A stretch of DNA of 64,000 nt from Phycisphaerae bacterium. Its GTDB lineage: Bacteria > Planctomycetota > Phycisphaerae > SM23-33. The stretch lies in NCBI GenBank assembly GCA_046541875.1, contig JBKHCL010000003.1, positions 598 through 64,597 of the forward strand, given 5' to 3'. A model generated the notes under the pieces. It was given only the letters and a program-made list of their open reading frames with translations, was not told the origin of the DNA and made no database searches. A program made the translations under genes and the position numbers. Positions 1-9,800 of the stretch are shown piece by piece. Numbering within the stretch: the stretch's first letter is position 1; each line of letters begins with the position of its first letter.

Positions 1-660
1 CTCGGTCGTGGCGGCATTTTCGAGCATGTCCACGGCATCCAACGTGTAATAGACCCCGTCGTCGCCATGGATCGAAGTCCAATAGACCTCGCCCTGGGCC
101 CCGAGGATGCCCGTTTCGTCGGACTTACGAATGATAGCGATCAATGTTTCGACATGAGCCTCAGTTTCCATGCCGACCAAGTTACCTCCCTCATTGGCTT
201 GAAGGATCCCATCAATCGACACATCCATGTTTACAGTGAAGGACTCGCCTGGACTAATTGTGTCAGATGCGAACGTAAAGGGTGTGAAGGTCTCAACGTC
301 CGCACCACACGCCAGGCCGCCGCCATAGTCGTTGTTCGTGTCTCGGTGTGTCACGCGGCACCAGGCCTTGTTCCGGCCTTGGGTGTCAGCGAGAATCTCC
401 CCCTTGGCGTGCGCTTCGATGGTGTTGTTGTCTGGAATCCAGCCGAACGGACACGTCGAATCCGCTTCGGCCAAGTCGGGGGCCAGCATTTCGTCTTCGG
501 CCCCTGGCACGGTGGCTCTCGCCCAAGCGTACTGAAAATCCCCACCACCCGGCCCAAGCCCCTGAGTGTCAGCCTTTGCGGTTACGGCCACAACGCAGAC
601 CACGATAGGTAGCATCGTAGCGCAGATCACCCGCCCCACCCAGAATCTGTCCGTCTGCAT
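1..660 (-). CDS. Secreted hypothetical protein (N-terminal signal peptide), partial; continues beyond the window start
   Basis: Minus-strand ATG at 658-660 sits 7 nt downstream of an AAGGAGGA RBS (reverse complement of 663-676). The frame is open over all 220 codons to position 1. It translates to MQTDRFWVGRVICATMLPIVVCVVAVTAKA..., a signal-peptide-like start followed by a G/T/D-rich secreted-type composition. It is absent from the ORF track only because there is no stop inside the window. The plus-strand ORF at 67-612 overlapping it is R-rich antisense noise. Confidence 0.55.
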   Translation of the reverse strand, partial: MQTDRFWVGRVICATMLPIVVCVVAVTAKADTQGLGPGGGDFQYAWARATVPGAEDEMLAPDLAEADSTCPFGWIPDNNTIEAHAKGEILADTQGRNKAWCRVTHRDTNNDYGGGLACGADVETFTPFTFASDTISPGESFTVNMDVSIDGILQANEGGNLVGMETEAHVETLIAIIRKSDETGILGAQGEVYWTSIHGDDGVYYTLDAVDMLENAATTE

Positions 661-1207
661 TTTCAGGTCCTCCTTCTGAGGGTTCCAACCGTCCCTATGA
701 ACGACGCTGAAGTAGCCAGACAACAAACTCTCCATTTTGGAATCCTATACCACATCTTGCGGTTCAATGCAAGCGATTTCTCGGCAGAATCGCAACTTGC
801 AAAGACCAGATCACTGGCCGGGCGTTTTCATATCCTACTGCCAACAAAGGCTTAGGGCGATTTTCGTTCGCCTGGAAAAGTCTTTGGTTCGCAGGCGAGA
901 TTCCGGGGTCCGAAAGCAACCATGACGGTTGCTCCCGTTCGCCGAAAAATCGGCCGCGAACTCTCGAACTCTCTCGTGAACAGATCGAGCCGGGTTAACA
1001 GCAGGGTTGCTTTCGGGGCCGGCAGCGTTCTGGAACTCTTGCATTTTGCCTTTGGCTGTGGATACTTCCTGCAGGCGATGGAGTCCGCCTTTAACCGCCG
1101 CGATCATTCCGGCTGATGACTCCTATCCGACGGATTGCTCGCGTGTTGTAATGGCAACGGACGCCATCACGGCGAGCAGCGGATGGGTGCTGTCAGAAGG
1201 AGTGGCC

Positions 1208-2470
1208 ATGGCGGTCGGCATCGCGGAAATCATCGTCCTCAGTCTCATCGCCGACTGGGTTCTTCGGCGGATTCGCATTCCCGGGCTGATCGGCATGCTG
1301 TTGGTTGGTGTCGTCCTCGGCCCTTATGTTCTCGGCTACCTGGACCCGGACCTGCTGGCCATCGGCCCGGACCTTCGGCTGATCGCTCTGATCGTCATCC
1401 TGCTACGAGTCGGGTTTGAGCTGAGCCGGAACACCCTTCACCGTGTCGGCGGTCGCGTTCTTCTGCTGGCATTCATCCCCGCCACGTGCGAGGGCATTGT
1501 CATCACGCTGGCCGGGCCATACCTGTTGGGCCTGACGTTGCTCGAGTCGGCGATTCTGGGCTCGGTTCTCGCGGCGGTGTCGCCGGCCGTGGTCGTGCCG
1601 GCCATGATCCGCTTCATGAAGGAACGCAGGGGCGCAGCCAAGGACATCCCCTCGATGGTGATGGCGGCCGCCTCGGTTGACGACATCTACGTGATCGTTG
1701 CCCACAGCGTCATCGTCGGGCTTTACGTCGGCAATCAGGTGAACGTCGCCTGGCAGGTGGTGGGCGTGCCGCTCTCGCTGGTTCTGGGCATTGCCGTGGG
1801 CCTTGGGATCGGCACGGGGCTTTACCTTCTCTTTGACCGCTTTAATCCCCGCGCCACCAAGCGAGTGCTTGTTGTCATCGCCATCTCCCTGCTGCTGGTA
1901 CGCCTTCAGCACGTTCTGGCGGGATACATCCCATTCGCCGGGCTGGTATCGGCCATGGCCATCGGGTTCGTGATCCTGGAGAAACGCGAGCACATGGCCC
2001 ACGAGATTTCGGCCAAGCTTGCCAGGCTCTGGGTGTTCGCCGAGATTGTTTTGTTTTCAATGGTTGGCGCACAGGTGAATGTCGGCGTTGCCTGGCACGC
2101 CGGGCTGGTTGGCCTGGGCATCATCCTCGTCGGGCTGGCCGCTCGCAGCGTGGGTGTGTTGACGTGTCTTGCCGGAAGCCGGTTGAATCTCAAGGAACGA
2201 CTCTTTGTGGTGGTGGCCTACTCCCCCAAGGCCACGGTACAGGCGGCCATCGGTTCCGCGCCGCTGATGGCCATGCGGGCTGCGGGCATGGAGACCGGCC
2301 CGGGGGAGATCATCCTGGCCGTGGCGGTATTGAGCATCGTCATTACAGCGCCGACCGGTGCATGGGCCATCGCCGCCCTGGGCAACCGCGTGTTGGCGGT
2401 CGCGCCGGAATCGGTCCATGACTCGTATGACGCCGCCATCGAAAGCACACCAGAGGACGACGTTCTCTGA
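1208..2470 (+). CDS. Cation/proton antiporter, CPA1/NhaP-type Na+(K+)/H+ exchanger
   Basis: About 12 predicted TM helices with Na_H exchanger-like segments (IAEIIVLSLIADWVLRRIRIPGLIGMLLVGVVLGP...). Start chosen at the ATG at 1208, which is preceded by GAAGGAG at 1196-1202; the track ORF begins at 1007 but its earlier ATGs lack an RBS. Confidence 0.85.
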   Translation: MAVGIAEIIVLSLIADWVLRRIRIPGLIGMLLVGVVLGPYVLGYLDPDLLAIGPDLRLIALIVILLRVGFELSRNTLHRVGGRVLLLAFIPATCEGIVITLAGPYLLGLTLLESAILGSVLAAVSPAVVVPAMIRFMKERRGAAKDIPSMVMAAASVDDIYVIVAHSVIVGLYVGNQVNVAWQVVGVPLSLVLGIAVGLGIGTGLYLLFDRFNPRATKRVLVVIAISLLLVRLQHVLAGYIPFAGLVSAMAIGFVILEKREHMAHEISAKLARLWVFAEIVLFSMVGAQVNVGVAWHAGLVGLGIILVGLAARSVGVLTCLAGSRLNLKERLFVVVAYSPKATVQAAIGSAPLMAMRAAGMETGPGEIILAVAVLSIVITAPTGAWAIAALGNRVLAVAPESVHDSYDAAIESTPEDDVL

Positions 2471-3047
2471 TGAGACGGTGAGAAAAGTAAGGTCTTTATG
2501 TCCGGCCCGAAGATGCAATGTTTGCGGGTCTACACGAGGGAAGCCAAGCGTCTTGGCCGCAGACGTCTGATTCCAACTGGGCCGCTCCGCTCTGCTCTGC
2601 AGTTTCCCTGCCGGTCATCCGCAGCGTTACCCCCAACATTTCCTCTGCGCCTCCCACCGCAAGAGCAGTTCTTCCGCAGCTTCTTCAGGTTGAGGCCCAT
2701 CTTCGCCGGGCGGGGCGTCGCGACAAGCCATCGGGTTCGTCCGTCTTCGGGAGGGGCTTCACTGCGTTTCGTCCCGGCAGGGCGATGTTCCTGGCCGGGC
2801 AAGGCGATCGGGTCATCGTGGCTGCCCGGATCCGCGACGAGACCGAGGCGATGCGGGAAACGAGATAAGAAAAAACGCGATTACGCCAAATCGGGGCGGT
2901 GCCTTCGGGGCGTCGCCCTGTTTGTATATGGGGGATGGAGCGGAGTTCACGGATTCTTCAAAACTCCTTTTCATTGACGCTGAAATCGCTACACTCTGTG
3001 GTCCCGGCGATATCGCTGAAACCCGCAGAGACAGGATCTCAACCGGC

Positions 3048-3815
3048 ATGCAGAACGAACCCGACAATACAGGCCAGCCCAAACCCCAGCCCCGCGGCGA
3101 CGTGCTGATCGAGGCCCGCGACGTTGAACGGGTCTACAAGACCGGCGATACGTCCGTGTACGCCCTGCGGTCGATCGACCTGGAGATCCACCAGGGCGAG
3201 TATCTCTCGCTGATGGGGCCTTCCGGGTCGGGCAAGACGACGTTCTTCAACATGGTCGGCGCCCTGGATTTTCCCACAGCCGGCGAGGTCCGCATCGGCG
3301 GGCGGGACCTGCGGGAGCTCTCCTCGGGGCAGTTGGCGTATCTGCGTTGCGTCAACATCGGTTACATCTTCCAGAACTACAACCTCATCGAGGTTTTCTC
3401 GGCCTTGGAGAACGTCAAGCTGCCGATCAAGATCCGCGGCGCCGACGACGACGAAGCCGAGGAGACGGCCGCTGAGCTGCTCACCCGCGTGGGTCTGGGG
3501 CATCGCCTGGGGCACTTGCCCGGTGAGCTTTCCGGCGGTCAGCAACAGCGGGTGGCCATTGCCCGCGCGTTGGCGAACAATCCGAGCCTGGTATTGGCCG
3601 ACGAGCCGACCGGCAATCTGGACTCCGGCACCGGGCACGAGATTGTGCAACTGCTCAGCGAACTGAGCGATGAACATGGCGTGACGGTCGTATCGGCGAC
3701 GCACGATCACCGCATGCTCGATGTCTCCGACCGCGTGGTGTATCTGCGGGACGGGACGGTGGAGCGGATCGTATCGCGTTCGGATCTCAATATTTCGGTC
3801 GGATCGGTGGGTTAG
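3048..3815 (+). CDS. ABC transporter ATP-binding protein, MacB/LolD/FtsE-type (ATPase 1)
   Basis: Walker A GPSGSGKTT, Q-loop, signature LSGGQQQRVAIARAL, Walker B LVLADEPTGNLD and H-loop ATHD. Paralog of the ATPase at 15516-16286; both have a ~20-aa N-terminal extension. Start taken at the internal ATG (MQNEPD...) by analogy with the paralog; the RBS is weak. Confidence 0.9.
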   Translation: MQNEPDNTGQPKPQPRGDVLIEARDVERVYKTGDTSVYALRSIDLEIHQGEYLSLMGPSGSGKTTFFNMVGALDFPTAGEVRIGGRDLRELSSGQLAYLRCVNIGYIFQNYNLIEVFSALENVKLPIKIRGADDDEAEETAAELLTRVGLGHRLGHLPGELSGGQQQRVAIARALANNPSLVLADEPTGNLDSGTGHEIVQLLSELSDEHGVTVVSATHDHRMLDVSDRVVYLRDGTVERIVSRSDLNISVGSVG

Positions 3816-3888
3816 TAAGCTGTTTGAGGCAGACTCACGGCGGGCCGCCGGTGTCCGTCGTTCTTCCACGAGACGAAGGTAGAAACGC

Positions 3889-6837
3889 ATGAAGTGGTCT
3901 CATCTGGGCACGATTCTCCTCGGGCTGGTTCTGATTGCGATTCTGGTTCCGTTGTGCCAGTTTCTCACCCAGATGACGGTCAACGTGGACGCCGAGACGT
4001 CCACGCCGGTCGCCTGGGCGGTGGGTATCGTTTTCAGTCTGTTGCTGGTGTTCGGTACGATTCGCGCGATCGCCCGGACCCGCCGGATCGACAAGCCCAA
4101 CATGGTGCTGCTGTACTGCATGCTCACGGTGGCGATCCCGGTGATGAACATCGGGCTGGTCCGCCAGGTGTACATGTCCATGCAGGCGGGCATGCACGAG
4201 TACTTTCTTAACGGGAATAACACCTACCGCACCCAGGTGAACAATCTGCGTCGCGGTTGGTTCCCGGTGGTTCCCACGCGCGAGGGGTTTGCGTGGCTCA
4301 AGGCCGATCGGCTGCTGAACTTCATGGAAGACACCGAAATGGCGTCCCAGCAGCGCAAGGCCGAGTCGAAGCTTCGGGGGCTGGTGGTCAAGGAATCGCA
4401 GGCCCGTCGCCTCCGGCAGGCCGCCACCCAGCCGGCGACCACTCAGCCGACCGCAACCCAGCCCGCGGATGCCAACGCCGCGCCGGTCGACGGGCAGGTC
4501 GACGCCAACGAGCACACCCAGGCGCTGCAGTGGGTGGCCAAGCTCCGGGCCGACCAGGCGGATGCGTTTCTCGTGGAGCGATCGCGCTGGACGTCGGTCG
4601 ATCTGAAATCGCTCGATCTGCTCAAACCGCTCCGCCGGAGGCAGCAGGAAGCCGGCCAGGTCAGCCGTGAAAACCTCCAGAAGCTCCCGGAGATGCTCAA
4701 GGGCATCGATGAACTCGAAGCCAGCCTGCTGGAGGGGAACTGGAACTCGGGTCTGATGGACCAGAGCACCCGCGAACGCCTTTTCGCCCAGTTCCCCGAT
4801 TTGCGAACCCCCGAGGCACGCCGGGAGCGGATTGCCCACTTCGCCGACCAGGCCGACCGGATTGGCCGGATGGTGGCGATGCTTACCACATCCGACCGCA
4901 CGCAGTTGCGGTCGGCGTTGATGGACGACTACCTCCAGCAGTACGCCACCATGCCGGATCATGAAGTGCGAGCCATGCAGAACCGGCTGGTGTATCGCAT
5001 GAAGACCTCTTCCCGTACGGACATGGTGAAGATGGACGGCTCGGGCGGCAAGGTCAACCAGTTCTTGGACGGGTTCCGCAACGGGCTCTGGGCGAAGCTC
5101 CAGGACAAGTCAGCCGTCAAGGAACTGACGGTCCGGGACCGCTTCGAGAAGTCGGCCGACGATCTGCCATGGCACCTCTGGGCCAAGCCGATCGTCATGT
5201 GGACGTCGCTGTTCCTGGCGATTTTCATGCTGCTGATGTGCGTCTCGGAATGGCTCCGCCGCAAGTGGATCGACCGCGAAAACCTCGCCTTCCCCCTGGT
5301 GGAAATCGCCGACACGATGATTCGTCATGACGCGGACATCGAAAACGCAGCCGACCTGTATCACCCCCAGCCTCGGAAGCGTCCGGTCAACCCGGTGTTC
5401 ATGATCGGCTTGCTGATCGGCCTGGTCTGGGTGGGCATGGAGGCGCTGGGTCATTACGGTTTCCTCACGGGCGATTACCAGGCGACGTTCAGCGTTTCCA
5501 AGGAACTGTTCACCGGCAATACGCTGAAGAACGCCGACAAGGTCTTCCTGGTGGTCTCGCCGATCATTCTGGGGCTGGGGTTCCTCATCAGCCTGGAGAT
5601 CAGCTTCTCGGTGTGGGTGATTTTCATCATCTATACGATCATCGTGATGATCGGGAAGAACACCTACCCGGACCTGAAGGACAGCCTCTTCTCCGGCTGG
5701 GCCGGCGGGAGGCAGTACCCGTTCCCGATGGCGCAGATGCTGGGGGCGTCGTTGTGCTTCTCGGCGATCGTCCTGTTCAAGACTTTCCGCGGCTCCAAGC
5801 AGGCCAAGACCACCGCCTCGGACGATTACTTCATCCCGCCTCGGCTGAACTTCATCGGAATGGTCGTGCTGCCGATCGTCATTCTCGCTCTGTTGTGGCA
5901 TCACGGGGTGGGGGAGGGCATCGTGGGCGTGCTGTTCATCGCCCTGATCGGCCTGCTGGCGTTCGTGCAGATGATCACGGCTGCCCGCGTTCGTGCGGAG
6001 ACCGGCCTGCATACCCAGCACGTCTCGTACGAGTTCACGAAGATCCCGATGGTCTTCGGTATGACCAGCCTGTTGGGTTCGCGCATCTTCTCGCTGTTCG
6101 TGACGGTGGCGTTCCTGCCGTTGACGCTGCTGTTCCGCACGATCCCACAGCACCTCGAAAACATGGAGCTGGCCAGGCGAAACAAACTGCGCCTGCGCAC
6201 GGTGGCGGTGGCGTCGCTGACGGCCTTCATCGTGGCGGTGGTCGTCGGCATGGTTGTCCTGCCGATCTGGGCGTACGCCTACGGCGGCGTCGCCTACGGC
6301 GAAGGCGCCGAGGACCAAGGTCAGACCTCGCGCACCATCGCCCACTACTCGCTGTGGATTTCGCACTACCTCGGTGAGGAGGGGCTCGACCAGTGGACGC
6401 AGGTCCACTGGATCCGCATCTGGTTCATGCTGGGCGGCTTCGGCGTGGTGGCGGTGCTGTCGCTGCTGCGAAGCCGATTCCTGCAATTCCCCCTGCATCC
6501 GATCGGATACCTGCTGATCCTGTTGAGTATCTACTACGTATGGGTGTCGCCGTATTACAAAGGAACCTCGGACGCGCCGTCCGAGTCGTCCTGGCTGTGG
6601 GGAAGTATCTTCCTGGCCTGGTTGCTCAAGAAGGTGATCATCAAGTACGGTGGCATGACCACCTACCGACGGGCCAAGCCCTTCTTTATCGGGCTGGTGG
6701 TCGGTGCGGTGCTGTGTGTGTTCCTGTTCAACGCGACGGATCTGGTCTGTTCGCTGATCGGTGCTGACGCCAAGGACCCGGGCGGATTCATCAAACCCTT
6801 CCTGGACAAGCACCCGTTCAGCCCGGCGTTCTATTGA
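3889..6837 (+). CDS. Large polytopic membrane protein, OPT-superfamily-like (982 aa), with a ~300-aa hydrophilic insertion
   Basis: GAAGGTAG RBS before the ATG. At least 14 hydrophobic helices. The N-terminal TM pair and the C-terminal segment (...GSIFLAWLLKKVIIKYGG..YRRAKPFFIGLVVGA) are collinear with the 684-aa paralog at 12766-14817. The N-terminal pattern resembles oligopeptide-transporter (OPT, TC 2.A.67) first helices; that family assignment is from memory, not a search. A Q/R/E-rich loop (aa ~100-440) contains short TQPA repeats. Confidence 0.8.
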   Translation: MKWSHLGTILLGLVLIAILVPLCQFLTQMTVNVDAETSTPVAWAVGIVFSLLLVFGTIRAIARTRRIDKPNMVLLYCMLTVAIPVMNIGLVRQVYMSMQAGMHEYFLNGNNTYRTQVNNLRRGWFPVVPTREGFAWLKADRLLNFMEDTEMASQQRKAESKLRGLVVKESQARRLRQAATQPATTQPTATQPADANAAPVDGQVDANEHTQALQWVAKLRADQADAFLVERSRWTSVDLKSLDLLKPLRRRQQEAGQVSRENLQKLPEMLKGIDELEASLLEGNWNSGLMDQSTRERLFAQFPDLRTPEARRERIAHFADQADRIGRMVAMLTTSDRTQLRSALMDDYLQQYATMPDHEVRAMQNRLVYRMKTSSRTDMVKMDGSGGKVNQFLDGFRNGLWAKLQDKSAVKELTVRDRFEKSADDLPWHLWAKPIVMWTSLFLAIFMLLMCVSEWLRRKWIDRENLAFPLVEIADTMIRHDADIENAADLYHPQPRKRPVNPVFMIGLLIGLVWVGMEALGHYGFLTGDYQATFSVSKELFTGNTLKNADKVFLVVSPIILGLGFLISLEISFSVWVIFIIYTIIVMIGKNTYPDLKDSLFSGWAGGRQYPFPMAQMLGASLCFSAIVLFKTFRGSKQAKTTASDDYFIPPRLNFIGMVVLPIVILALLWHHGVGEGIVGVLFIALIGLLAFVQMITAARVRAETGLHTQHVSYEFTKIPMVFGMTSLLGSRIFSLFVTVAFLPLTLLFRTIPQHLENMELARRNKLRLRTVAVASLTAFIVAVVVGMVVLPIWAYAYGGVAYGEGAEDQGQTSRTIAHYSLWISHYLGEEGLDQWTQVHWIRIWFMLGGFGVVAVLSLLRSRFLQFPLHPIGYLLILLSIYYVWVSPYYKGTSDAPSESSWLWGSIFLAWLLKKVIIKYGGMTTYRRAKPFFIGLVVGAVLCVFLFNATDLVCSLIGADAKDPGGFIKPFLDKHPFSPAFY

Positions 6838-6857
6838 TGCATGAAGGAGTGGTCGAC

Positions 6858-9800
6858 GTGACTCGGCGACTGATAACCTGTTGTTTGGTTCTGCTGGCTG
6901 CGTGGGCCGTTGCGCAGGGCGGCGAGCGGAACGAGAAAATCCAGAAGGACATCGATGTCCCGGTGCGAAAGCAGTTGGAGTCCTACTCGGCCCTCTCGCC
7001 CCAGGGGCTGGAGGCGCTGGACCGCGTCTCCTCCTCCGCTGCGCTGCGCGCGGAGATGGAGGAGATTCTCAAAGGCAACCTGTCCGTCGGTGCCAGGCAG
7101 GTCGATGCCAACGGCAGGGCCCATATCCACCGTTACCTGGACAGGAAGTTCGATGCGCTCTCTGAGCGGGGACTTCGGAAACTGGGCGCGATTACCGGAC
7201 AGGTGGCGGTCCCCGTTTCGATCCGCAACGCCCGCTCGCTCGGCGAGAAAGGCAACGCCCGAGGCCGATCGAGAGTGACCATCGACGGGGTGCGCTGGGC
7301 GGACGGCAACAGCTGTCACCTGCTGCCGATGTGGCCCAACGGCCCGATGCCGTCGATCTGTCCGGTCGGTGGGTTGAGCGGCCCGCTGGTGTACGTCGAA
7401 GACGGTTCGTGGGAAGCCCTGCGAGGCCTGCCCCTCGAGGGCGCCATTGTGCTGATGGACTTCCGTGGCGGACGACGCTGGGCGACACTGGCCTCCATGG
7501 GGGTTCAGGGCGTGATCGCCATCGAGGACGAGCACGTTTCCCGCGACAAGGCCGAGCGGTGGTTCGTGAATACTCCGGTCCCCTTGCCGCGGTTCTACGT
7601 GGACCGCAAACGCGGGCAGGAGCTGATCGCCCACGCCACGCGCAAGGAGTACCCCGAGAAAGGCGATCAGTGGCGCATCGTCAAAGGCAAAGCCGCCACC
7701 ATGCACGGTGGGAACGTCTACGAGCAGCGTCGCTTCGAGTCGCCCTTCGTGTACCTTCCACCCACCGAGCCGATCATTCACACGGTCATGGAGCGCGAGC
7801 TGCTCCGTCGTCTGGGCGACAAGTACGGGGTGGCCGGCGAAGACATCGCGGTGTTGAACAGGCTGGGAGACTCGCCTCCCAAGGCCGGTACCAAGCTGAA
7901 GATTCCCGGAAAGGACGAGACCTACGAAGTCAAGGAGCAGGATCTGCTCAAGCAGATCGCCGCATCTTACGAAGTCTCCCTGGACGCTCTGCTCAAGGCC
8001 AATGACCTCGATAAAGACAAGGAAGACCAGGGCATCTCGGCGGGTACGAAGCTGACGATTCCGAACATCAACCAGTCGCTGGTGATTCTCGTTCGGATTG
8101 ACAGCTGCTCGGTGGTTCCCGACGCCCCGCACGGCGCGAATGCGGCAGGCAACATCGCTTTGGCGATCAAGCTGATGGAGCATCTGGCGACCGACCCGTC
8201 GGTGATCCGGCGCAAGGGCGTGGTGTTCGGGTTCCTGGACGCCGAAGGGCTTGGTGGGCGCACCAGCCGGGCCGTTACCGAGTCGATGCTGCTGAAAGAG
8301 AACAAGCTCAAGCTTCGCCCGAAGGAAGACCCCGCCAACCGCATCAAGCGGTATCGCCAGGTGGTGGCTTGGCTGGAGGCCGACCAGAGCGGCAAGATAG
8401 GCTACGACACCGCGAAGTGGTTGGCCGACGAGTGGTTGTACTCCCGTCTGGAATCGTTGCGAATCCGTCTGGCGGAGGAGCGGACGCGCCTGCGCCGACG
8501 CTTGCGTGAGCTTCCCGAGGACTCCGCCGAAGCCAGGGAAATCGAAACCCGTCTCGACGAGATCAAGCTCCTTGTATGGGGCAAGGACCCGCGCGAAGCC
8601 GATGGCGGGCTGGTGGACCTGCGTGATGAGACCATCAAGAACACCAGCCTCTCCTATCCCGAGCGGACCAAAAGATTTCTACGGACGGTTCCCCAGACCA
8701 TCGCGGAGGCCCGCGATCAGGATATGCCCGAGCTGGCGTTGCCGACGCTCCAGGCGCGACTCAAGGCCGAGCTTGCCGAGGAACAGGAAAGCTACGATAT
8801 CTCGCAGGGCAACCTGGATGTGATCGGCAAGATCCTCGATGCGATGGTTCCCAGCAAGGATCAGCCTTCCCTCGCCTACCAACTGGACCTTGCCGACGCG
8901 ACCCATTCGCTGGGGATCGTGTCCGAGAACAAGGACTTCCGCCGCAATCACCCGGCTGCGGGGAACGCCAAGGCCTTGGCCAAGCGATACCGCAAGGTGC
9001 TGGCGTACGCAGCCGTCCAGGCGGGTTGGCCGGAAGACTTCCTTATTCTGACCAACGACGACGTGCTGCATCACGCCCTGATGAAACTCCAGTCACCGCC
9101 GATTTATCCGGAGTTCTGGGCGGGCGTGGACGTGTCGCTGTTGGCGTTGAGCACGCAGAACGATACCAAGCAGAAGCTGGACTCACCACGGGACACCCTC
9201 GATCGGGTCAAGTGGGAGAACCTGCATATCCAGGCTCGCAGCGCGATGTTACTGCTTCGGCTGGGGCTGGAAAGCCCGCTGGACTCCCTGCCTCCGGCGA
9301 AGATCAACAAGAAACCGAAATTCGGTCGTCTGACCGGCAAGATCGCCGAGTTCAACATGCGATCGGGCATTGACGCCCAGGACCCGATCGCCGGGGCCTA
9401 CGTGTACTACCCGGCCTTGAAGAAGGATCATGGCACTCACGCGCATAACACGCTCGCCTACCGCGGAGCTCGCCGCGGGATTCTGATGATCACGCCGCTG
9501 AACGGCATCTATACGCTGCCGCTGGAGGACGCCTCCTACGACGATGCCCTGTTGCTGTACTCGTATTTGCTGGACAGTGAAACAGGCCTGTTCAACAAGG
9601 TCGCCGACCAGGGGCAGATCGGCAGCCAGAGGGCAAACCCGAAGTTCAAGCTGCTGGACCTGGAGGAGACTGAAAAGAAGATCGTGCTCACCGAGGTCTA
9701 CCCGTGGATGTTCTTTCCGGGCGTGGACCCGCGGGAGTACAAGGTCGTCGGCGAGACCGAGAGTCAGTTCCACCTCGTTGACGTGGTCCGCAACGGCGAT

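Noticed and set aside
67-612. Plus-strand 181-aa ORF at the window start
   Set aside because: R/G/P-rich composition typical of antisense reading in high-GC DNA, and no RBS. The opposite strand has a clean RBS plus signal peptide and an open frame to the window edge.
2471-3047. Possible small gene or structured RNA in the 577-bp gap before the first ABC ATPase (track ORFs 2498-2977 and 2518-2868; a GC hairpin with a UUCG-like loop near 2893-2918)
   Set aside because: The ORFs are R/P-rich with no RBS. The hairpin is imperfect and not followed by a convincing T-tract. Left as the unexplained 5' region of the operon.
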